DNA from: Octopus sinensis
Lineage: Eukaryota
Assembly (NCBI RefSeq): GCF_006345805.1
Contig: NC_043004.1
Coordinates: 78,864,001-78,928,000 of the forward strand
Length of the DNA stretch: 64,000 nucleotides
Direction of reading: 5' to 3'
Positions 54,450-64,000 of the stretch are shown here, piece after piece. The notes below the pieces were generated by a model. It ran no database searches. It saw nothing but the letters and a program-made list of their open reading frames with translations, and was not told the origin of the DNA. Both the position numbers and the translations under genes were made by a program. Numbering within the stretch: position 1 is the first letter of the stretch; each line of letters begins with the position of its first letter.

Positions 54450-54823
54450 AGGCGGTGAGCTGGCAGAAACGTTAGCACGCCAGGTGAAATGCTTAGCGGG
54501 ATTTTGTCTGCCGCTACGTTCTGAGTTCAAATTCCGCCGAGGTCGATTTACTAAGTACCAGTTACGCACTGGCTCGGTATAATCGACTTAATCCGTTTGT
54601 CTGTCCTTGTTTGTCCTCTCTGTGTTTAGCCCCTTGTGGGTAGTAAAGAAATAGGTATTTCGTCTGCCGCTACGTTCTGAGTTCAAATTCCGCCGAGGTC
54701 GACTTTGCCTTTCATCCTTTCGGGGATCGATAAATTAAGTACCAGTAAAAAACTTCGATCGATGTAATTGATTTGTCCCCTCCCCACCAAATTTCAGGTT
54801 TTGTACCTTTAGTAGAAAGGATT
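54450..54823 (+). mobile_element. SINE family A, dimeric
   Basis: Two units; ATTATTACTG(T/C)CC at both flanks. Confidence 0.88.
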
Positions 54824-54907
54824 ATTACTGCCCAACGGCAAACCTTGCTCCAGACGTCAATTTGTAACTCTCCCGATGGAATACCAATACTTAACACTTT
54901 TTCAAAA

Positions 54908-55120
54908 GCGGCCAACTGGCAGAATCATGAGCATGCCGGACAAAATGCATTTCGTCCGTCTTTACATCGTTAGTTCAAATTCTGCCGGGGTCGACTTTGC
55001 CTTCCAGCCATTCGGAGTCGGTAAAAAAAAAACCTCAATTGAGCGCTGGGGTCGAAATAATTTACTTACCACCAATTCCCTTGAAATTACTGGCCTTGTG
55101 TCAAAATTTAAAACCAATAT
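54908..55120 (+). mobile_element. SINE family A, diverged
   Basis: Family similarity. Confidence 0.7.
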
Positions 55121-55664
55121 TTAGCATTTTTCACGACGCTGTATTTGTTGTGTCTATTTGTATGAATATGTAGATATATTTACGATTGTGTGGGCGTACG
55201 TGTGGATGTGAGTATGTGTATATGTGTCGTCTAAATAAGGCATCTGTCTGCATATGTAATAAACTATAAATATTTAAAATGACAGTTGATGGAAAAAAAA
55301 GAAAAAAAAAGACTTATACACCTACAGATATTAATATCATTTCAAATGCCAATCGTTTGTACGTCACGTATTTTATATGTTCGTTAATGGCAGGCTAACC
55401 TGATAGACAGCATATATAACCTGATACAGAAGAAGGGAAAAATTTTGGACAGAAAGAAAATGATCAGACAAAATATATTGCCTCGTTCATTTACAGATGT
55501 CGTTGACATGCATGAGTGTGTGGTTTGACACTCGCTTTGCAACCACGTGGCTTTGAGTCCCACTGCGCAGTATCATGGGTAAGTGAGTGCCTTCTACCGC
55601 AGTTCCAGACCGACCAATGCTTTGTGAATGAATTTGGTTGACGTAAACTGCATGAAACACCATC

Positions 55665-56253
55665 GAAATAACGTAGGTGGCTAGATGCAATACGAAACCC
55701 AAAAAAGAAAAGTTCAATTTTCACTAATAGTGGCTGAGGCAGCAGGGAAGCACCTACATTGTTAGAAACAAGATTCAAAGACGCTTATGCCCCCCTTCCC
55801 CAGCATATTGTTTATGTTCTAGCAGGGGAGATAACCACCCCACAGCGAGCGAGGTCACCATACTAGCAAGGTAGTTTTGCTTGGAATTAAAGCTTATATT
55901 GCGTATAGCAACCTTTGTTATTTAATAATTTTCACATTAACATTTTGCTGAGTCATTCATTGATTCATATGGTAAATACTGTATATTGTTTGGCTGGATT
56001 TAGTTTAACCGTAAGTGGTGGAGTAATCACTACTAATGAGCTTTAATTCAAAGCGAAACAAGCTTACTATTATAGCGATCGCGCTCGCTGTGGGGCGATT
56101 ATCTCTCCTATCAGTATATAGACAATGTGCTTTGTGTAGCTTTGACTCTTGTTTCTAGCAATGTAGGTGTTACTCTGCACCATCAGTCATTATTAGTGAC
56201 AACTGAATTTTCCTTTTTGGTTTTATATTGCGTCTAGCCATCTTCGTTATTTC
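55665..56253. mobile_element. Foldback element with ~230-bp diverged inverted arms
   Basis: GAAATAACGTAGGTGGCTAGATGCAATA...CACCTACATTGTTAGAAACAAGA...CCCCACAGCGAGCG...GAATTAAAGCT mirrored at 56038-56253. Confidence 0.85.
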
Positions 56254-56921
56254 ACACACACACACAAGAAAGTCCCGTAAAGAAAACAAGACATGAAGGG
56301 GCGCTACTTTCGTATGACATCTCCCTACGGTTTTACTTTTCGGAGAAAAAATCGTGTTAGATGGTGAATTTGTTTGCATTATATTATATTATATTCTGGG
56401 CATATGTGATGTTCGTATGTTTGTGTGCCGAGGGAGTTCATCAGGTGGGGAATGTATGTTCTATGTATGGAGTTTGTATGTTGTATATTTTCAATGTTCA
56501 CGTTCAAGGTAAGAAACTATTCTGGTGCGGTTAGCGGAGTGGGTGGTGGTTCCTCTTTGAAATGTCAGAGTGTAAAATATGCTGGAAGAGAAGGTTTCAC
56601 CCGTTATATTTAAGATGTTATAACATCTTAAGACTGGTTCTGGTGTGTTTGCGTCCCCGTAATTTGATGTTCAACAAAAAAGACCGATAGAATAAGTGCG
56701 AAATTTAATACTAAATACCGACAACGATTTGACCAACTAAATCCTTCAAGGTGGAGCCTCAGCATGGTTGCAGTCCAATGACTAACATAAGTAAACAACA
56801 TAAGATAGCAACCTCCATTTTCCCCACGCTATTTTAACCCATTCAAAGCCAGATTTAGTGATTCCCTGTAGCATGTTCAATGCAGAAGTAATCTGTTTTA
56901 TCGTTCCTTATGATAATCCTT

Positions 56922-57312
56922 AGCTAGCAGAATCATTAGCACGCCGGGCGAAATGCTTAGCGGTATTTCGTCTGCCGCTACGTTCTGAGTTCAAGTTCCG
57001 CCGAGGTCGACTTTGCCTTTCATCCTTTCGGGGTCGATTAAATAAGTACCACTTACGCACTAGGGTCGATATAATCGACTTAATCCGTTTGTCTGTCCTT
57101 GTTTGTCCTCTCTGTGTTTAGCCCCTTGTGGATAGTAAAGAAATAGGTATTTCACTCGTCGTTACGTTCTGAGTTCAAGTTCCGCCGAGGTCAACTTTGC
57201 CTTTCATCCTTTTGGGGTTGGTAAATTAAGTACCAGTTGAGTATTGGAGTCCATGTGATCAACTGTTCCCCACCCCACAAAATCCAGGCCTTGTATCTAT
57301 AGTAGAAAGGCT
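56922..57312 (+). mobile_element. SINE family A, dimeric
   Basis: Same organisation as 23636-24034. Confidence 0.88.
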
Positions 57313-58599
57313 TATTATTATCCTGAATCGGTAGGTGGCTCACCCATTCGACTTCTTGGATTAAGCTACCGACGGCATTTTATACCTTACTTTTATACCT
57401 TACTTGTTTCAGTCGTGAGACTGCGGCCATATTGGGGCAGTGCCTCGAAGTATGTAGTCAGACAGGTCGACTCCGGTAACTATCTTCTTTGAAGTCTGGC
57501 ACTTATTCTATCGGTCTTTCTCACCGAACTACTAAGTTACGAAGACGTAAACAAACGAACACCGATTATAAAACAGTAATCACACACACATACGTATGTA
57601 CGACAGGGTTCCATGTAAATTCTGTCTATATGAATACACAGACATATAAATACACAGACCTATAAATACACACACACAAACACAGACATACACACACACG
57701 CACACACACACATACACACACATGTATATCACATGATCATGTTATCGACCAGACTATTAGATGTTGTTATACATCGATGGTCACGATGCGCTTTTTATCG
57801 TTTTAGCTACCAGATACCTTCTTAAGGCAACGGTCGGTTCGGGGCTATATTAGACACTCGTTCAAGGTGCCGTGCAGAAGGAATGAACCTGAGTCCACAT
57901 GATTGCAAAGCAATCTTCTTAACCGTACAGCCATGCTTACTGTATTCGCTTTCTACTTTGTTAATGGCACGTTATGTTTGAAGAACAGAATCTGCGTTTA
58001 GTTTTTGTTGTAAATCAATTAAGGTTGATCTCGCTTAAACCATTGTTTTTCAGGTGTTAGGACCAAGAACAGTGTGTTTGATCCTCTTAAGTATATCTGA
58101 CCGGATTACGTAAACATCCGTGAATATATTTCGAAATATTTCGAAGAATTCACGAATAGCGATGATTCCCGATTGGTGAAGAGGAAAAATATTTTGACAA
58201 TTTACGCAGCAATGCTTGGTTATGGAAATATTCCGGAGAAGCTGCGAGAAAGACATTGATGAAGATCTCTCACTAGGCTAATGGAGTTGAATATGAAGTC
58301 GCAAATGTGCTACGGCTGCAAAGGTTGTTGGTAGTTATAAAATACTATCAAGTACACATAGTACACACACACGTATACATATATACAGGAATACATATAT
58401 GTGTGTATGTTTGTATACATGCACGCACATACACAGACAAACAAGTACACAGGAAATATCTAGCGTTTCTGGCAGGACCATTCATTGGAAAATTCGAGAA
58501 TATGAGAAGAGAATCCTTAAAAAAGATTGCTGAATGAAGAAGAAATGAAGTGAATCATGAATAGACGACAGAGGAAAGAGGATAAGACGATATACATAT

Positions 58600-58990
58600 G
58601 AATGTGTATGTATGTATGCATGTATGTATGTATGTATGTATGTATGTATGTATGTATGTGTGTGTGTATGTATGTATGTATGTATGTGCATGCATGCATG
58701 CATGCATGTAGTATGTATGTATGTATGTATGTATGTATGTATGTATGTAGGTATGTATGTATGTATGTATGTATGCATGCATGCATGCATGTATGTATTG
58801 TATGTATGTATGCATGCATGCATGCATGCATGCATGTATGTATGTATGTATGTATGTATGTATGTATGTATGCATGCATGTATGTATGTATGTATGTACA
58901 TATGTATATATGTATAAATATATATATATATAATACATACACACAAACACAGACACACACACACACGCACGCACACACACACATATATAT
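58600..58990. repeat. (TATG)n/(CATG)n/(CA)n microsatellite
   Basis: Directly visible. Confidence 0.95.
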
Positions 58991-60373
58991 CACATGATCC
59001 TGTTATCGACCAGACTATTGGATGTTGCTATACATCGTTGTCCACAATGCGCCTTTTATCGTTTTAGCTTCCGAATGTTGCCATCCCACTGAGTGGGCAA
59101 GCAGGCCCACATCCCCCCTGATTGGAAGGCTAGTCCGGCGCAGGCTTACCCATTTACAGTTGCGTGGAGTGGAGCAACGTTAAATGAAACCTTTTTTTTT
59201 CTTGATCACAGCGTGAAGTCGGTTTGGGAATCGAAACTGCGATCTCACAACGTAAGTAGAATACGCCTAGCCACTAGGTCACGTGCCTTCATATCTATGC
59301 ATTCATATAACAATTATCCGTAAGGAAATTTGAAACCAATTTTCCTTAACAATTGTTGAATGTGTTTATAATTTTTATCGATTAAGACAGCAATGTTAGA
59401 TTCAACACACAGCTTCCGACCAAAATCGGCGGCGATAGTAGACGGTTATTTCCTGCTAGCGATATAAACGCAGGTGCTTATGTGCCCCAACAAGTCCATT
59501 TGAGAGGTTCTCTCGTGGTAAATATCGCAGTATTTTGTGTTCTTACACAACATTCACTTTTAAGTGCAGATAAATATTATCTCTAACATTAGTGTATTGA
59601 TGTCATCATGTGCGGCTTGAATTAATCATGAATCATTTTTAAATGCATGGAAATCCGTCGTGAATGTTCCTAAGGACAGAAAATAAAAGCCGAATATTAC
59701 GCGTAATTGTTTCCTTATGCACATCATAAAAATATTCCGAAAATACTTTTAAAAGAGTAACTGTTTAAAATATAGATTCCATCTTGTGTGTGTGTGTGTT
59801 GTGTGTGTGTGTGTGTGTGCGTGTGTGTGTGTGAGCGTGTGCATGCATTCGTAAGAGTGCGTGCGTGTTCGCCAGAAACCTTTGTTTAAGTATAAGGTAC
59901 CACTTGAACATATCATAAAAATCTTTTCCTATTACAGTAGGCGTGGAAAAGCTTTCAATATGCACTTATAACATCGTTGAATCCTAGATGAAAAGATAAG
60001 CATTCCTACAACCTTCTTTTTGCAGTGTGCAAATATACTTAATTAAATATTAGTTCATCCATATTTCAAAAAGGAAAGGTCATAGTTAGACATTTGAACT
60101 ACAATAGTGTTTATCCTAAACCCACATTACTTAAAATATCTTAACCAAGTCGAATGCTTCTTATTTTATTTATAGAAGCAATGTTTTAGTCTGTCATCTC
60201 ACCATCCTTCAATGATACTGCTGATCTTTCTTGTCTGTGCGTAAGTTAATACGAAAATAGGCGTAAACGATAGAATTTAACCTAACATATTGGTTTCAAA
60301 TTTTTTCACAATGCCAGCAGTTTCGTGGGATGAAATAAGTCGATTACATCGACTGGTATTTATTTTATCTTAA

Positions 60374-60604
60374 GGCGGCGAGCTGGCAGAAACGTTAGCA
60401 CGCCGGGCAAAACGTGTAGCCGTATTTCGTCTGCCGTTACGTTCTGAGTTCAAATTCCGCCGAGGTCGACTTTGCCTTTCATCCTTTCTGGGGTCGATAA
60501 ATATGTACCAGTTACGCACCGGGGTCGATGTAATCGACTTAATCCGTTTGTCTGTCCTTGTTTATCGTCTTTGTGTTTAGCCCCTTGTGGGTAGTAAAGA
60601 AATA
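60374..60604 (+). mobile_element. SINE family A nested in an antisense family A copy (60290-60735)
   Basis: GGTA(T/C)TTATTTTAT at 60355-68 and 60605-18; flanks are the reverse-complement tail and head of family A. Confidence 0.85.
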
Positions 60605-61793
60605 GGTACTTATTTTATTTTATTGAAAGAATGAAAAGTAAAGTCGACAACGGCGGAATTTGAACTCCGTAAAGACGGGCGAAATATCGCTAAGCGTTTC
60701 GCCCGGCGTGCTAACCAATCTGCCAGCTGGCTGCCCTAATCTAATATATTGGCAATATTTTATATATTGATACCAGCTGAATGAAATACAAGATCGAACA
60801 TGGAGAAATTATTTCCTCTTCATTACAGATGTTATTCCAGTTCATTAAAAATTGCTTGTTCACTACATTGAATGTGGTTCCCAACTTAGCTATTTGTTCT
60901 TTATGCAGAAGAAATTTCTCTCATGATTATTTTACGTTGCCAAATTCGTAAATGTTTCATTCAAAATATTTGTTATCAATCAGAAAGAATCTATCGTTCA
61001 TTGAGAAGATCTCACATGATCGAAATATGACACCAGTTTTCAAGATACTGTATTCCCTTCCTGAGTATTTAATCAAGTTAGATATCGGAGTTCTCTCCAT
61101 TGCATTGCTTGACAAGAATTAATCATTAAAGCCAATATTTCTTGAAAACTAGTGAATTTTAATGAACAATATATTTTGCTCACTGAAATGCTAGCTTCCA
61201 TTGAATCATTAAAAGTGTAAAATATTTTGTCCAGTAGTCTATCATAGCGACAAATTCACAGGCTTTAATATCTCTAAAATAATTCCAGTAAAAAAAAAAA
61301 AAAATCATGAAAATTAAATGAAAACAGTGACGAGACTTTGATTACTGTCTAGTATCATGTACGTAATTATTCTTTAGAAAAGAAACTCAACCGATCAGGG
61401 TGGATCGTTGAAGATATTTACATTACAATATAAAATAGAATAATATAAAAAGAATTTAAAATACTAATAAGCTTCGAGATGATTACATAATGTGCACAGC
61501 TGCAAGTGGCAACATACATATTAAAATAACCATTGTTCACTGATAACCATTGTACAATGTTGCAGTACAACTTAATAATTGGTGATAATATTGAAGACAA
61601 AACGGAATATTCCAGAGTGATTGTTTTTACCATTCTCAGTAAATATTGTCGGTATTTGTGAAATGAAAAGCGTTAACGTTAATTGGGAATTATAGAACTA
61701 ACATTATGCAGAGATGTGGCTATTGGGAAAAATATACAAGAGGTAAAGTGAAGTCGAGTCTGGCACATACTCTACCATTGTTAGGTAAGACCA

Positions 61794-61842
<49 letters not shown>

Positions 61843-62132
61843 GCGAAAGGGACTGATTGCTACCTAACTCAGATACCAGGAAACCCCAAAATGGCAGAAA
61901 TTCAAAAGATAGTGCTCATGGGAACTGCTCATATCCTACGCAAAATACTCTCTATGTAATCCCAAGGTTTAAAACAAACTTTTTTTTATTTTTTTATTTT
62001 TATGTATTAGACATTCACTAGTACAACACCCCCCCAAATATATGGCACAGAACTTCCAACCTGTTGTCTCTTGAGGTCTCTGGGTGAGACTTAGAGCCAA
62101 CTTGTACAAATATAAAGCAAAAGTCAAACATA

Positions 62133-62133
<1 letters not shown>
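61843..62133 (+). mobile_element. R4/Dong LINE 3' fragment (subfamily 1)
   Basis: QIPGNPKMAEIQKIVLMGTAHILRKILSM* plus shared 3' UTR; (TAA)n on both sides. Confidence 0.88.
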
Positions 62134-62194
<61 letters not shown>

Positions 62195-62196
<2 letters not shown>

Positions 62197-62555
62197 TCCT
62201 AATAATAGACATAGCAGTGCCAGAAGATCGACATATCATCATGAAAGAAAGAGAAAAGGTTGATAAATAGGGAGACCTGAGAATTGAGATCGCTAAGATG
62301 TGGCAGCTACGAGAGTCGGGCATAAAGGTTATCCCTATTGTCATCGGAGCATTGGGTTCAAAACCACCCAATCTGGAAAAAAAATATCTGAAAACCACAG
62401 AGATACCCTACAATCTAGGTGTATTGCAAAAGTCGGTATTAATTGGAACTGCACGCATATTGCGTAAAGTATTGTCTGTCTGAGGTCCTTGCAGTGACTT
62501 GACAGACAGTACAAATTCCCGGTAGACACAATATCTTCAATTAACAACCTCACGA
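62195..62555 (+). mobile_element. R4/Dong LINE 3' fragment (subfamily 3)
   Basis: FLIIDIAVPED...DLRIEIAKMWQL...VIPIVIGALG...LQKSVLIGTARILRKVLSV*. Confidence 0.85.
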
Positions 62556-62592
62556 TATTGTATACTGTGCAATGTCAATAATAATAATAATA

Positions 62593-62639
<47 letters not shown>

Positions 62640-62658
62640 AATAATAATAATAATAATA

Positions 62659-62700
<42 letters not shown>

Positions 62701-62701
<1 letters not shown>

Positions 62702-63005
62702 TCAGATACCAGGAAACCCCAAAATGGCAGAAATTCAAAAGATAGTGCTCATGGGAACTGCTCATATCCTACGCAAAATACTTTCTATGTAATCTCAAGG
62801 TTTAAAACAAACATAATTTTCGGTTTAAAAAAAAAAAATTAAAAAAAAAATTTTTTTTAGACATTCATTAGTACAACACCCCCACCCCCCAAATATATGG
62901 CACACTAGGCATAACAACAACATGAACTTCCAACCCCGTTGTCTCTTGAGGTCTCTGGGTGAGACTTGGAGCCAACTTGTACAAATATAAAGCAAAAGTC
63001 AAACA

Positions 63006-63007
<2 letters not shown>
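62701..63007 (+). mobile_element. R4/Dong LINE 3' fragment (subfamily 1)
   Basis: Near-identical to 61868-62133; (TAA)n on both sides. Confidence 0.88.
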
Positions 63008-63068
<61 letters not shown>

Positions 63069-63077
63069 TGATAATAA

Positions 63078-64000
63078 CTGAGGACAAGATGTTACAATTC
63101 GTCTTAAAACATGAAAACAAGAAAATGTCATTCTCGGTAATAAAACAAGTAAAGAAATATGGAAGTGAATTCCAAATACAACAAATCCCAGAATTAAGCG
63201 TACTGGAAACAAGCATAGAAAAAGCTAAGGGTATGAAAACCTTTGCTAAAACCACTGTTTTAGATATTCTTACTGATAAATGGCAAGAAAAACCACTCAA
63301 TGGCAAATAACCAAAGGGAGCTAATGATGCCGATGTTGACAAAGCTCTTACTCATCAATGTTTAGTGTCTTCTGGCTTAAAATCAGAAGAAAAAAAAAAG
63401 GATTTATCATAGCGGCCCAAGACCAATGCCTACCTAGAAGGAGCTACCAGGCCAGCATCTTAAAGAACGGCAGCAGCCCAGCATGTGTATGTAAACAACA
63501 AAATAAAACCATCGATCATGTTGTCTCCATGTATAGTCTTCTTGCGCCTAGAGAGTTTCTCGACAGACACGATAGAGCAGCACAGTATATTCACTGGGTC
63601 ATTTGCAAAGACTTGGGCCCGCCCCATGATAAAAACTGGTGACAACACAAACCACCGCCAATGCTTGAAGTTTACCTTTGGAAGTTTACCATTCAAACTA
63701 ACAGAAAGATAGATGCGAATAGGCCAGACATTATATTGAAAGATTTCAGACAAAAATCATGCCTCCTCATTGATATGACTGTTCCAATCGACATAAATGT
63801 ATCTTTCAAGACCTACCAAAAACTAAGCAAGTATAAAGATCTTGAAATAGACATTGGCAAAATGTGGAACCTGAAGACTAAAACAATGTCTGTTGCCATA
63901 GGTGCCCTAGGAATTATAGTAAAAGGTGCTGATTGCTACCTATCTCAGATATCAGGAAAACCCAAAATGGAAGAAATTAAAAAAATAGCGCTGATGGGAA
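63078..64000 (+). mobile_element. R4/Dong LINE longer 3' fragment (zinc knuckle + RLE), decayed, runs off the window
   Basis: GFIIAAQDQCL, TIDHVVS, RHDRAAQYIHWVICK, DANRPDIILKD, CLLIDMTVPID, KLSKYKDLEIDIGKMW, IGALG with frameshifts and stops. Confidence 0.9.

Overview
This is AT-rich eukaryotic non-coding DNA, most likely an intronic or intergenic region of a cephalopod (Octopus-like) genome. That assignment is an inference from the SINE families and microsatellite load. I recognise no intact host protein-coding gene, and almost every ORF in the six-frame track is a translated microsatellite or SINE. The window holds dozens of tRNA-derived SINEs (about four families) and R4/Dong-type RLE LINE fragments sitting in (TAA)n tracts. 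It also holds a CR1-like 3' end, a Penelope GIY-YIG remnant, a decayed full-length Tc2/POGK-type pogo transposon with a nested deleted mariner, other mariner remnants, several MITEs, three non-autonomous Helitrons and a possible solo LTR. The most notable signal is a set of short non-coding inserts in (TA)n tracts, often arranged as inverted repeats, that carry type I hammerhead ribozyme motifs with palindromic stem III. The best example is a ~535-bp tandem unit with a canonical hammerhead in each copy plus an inverted copy starting at the cleavage site (41085-42267), which resembles a retrozyme or Penelope pseudo-LTR. Across these motifs the catalytic 3-8 base pair occurs as C-G, G-C and U-A. 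All coordinates were read by eye; SINE and microsatellite limits are approximate.
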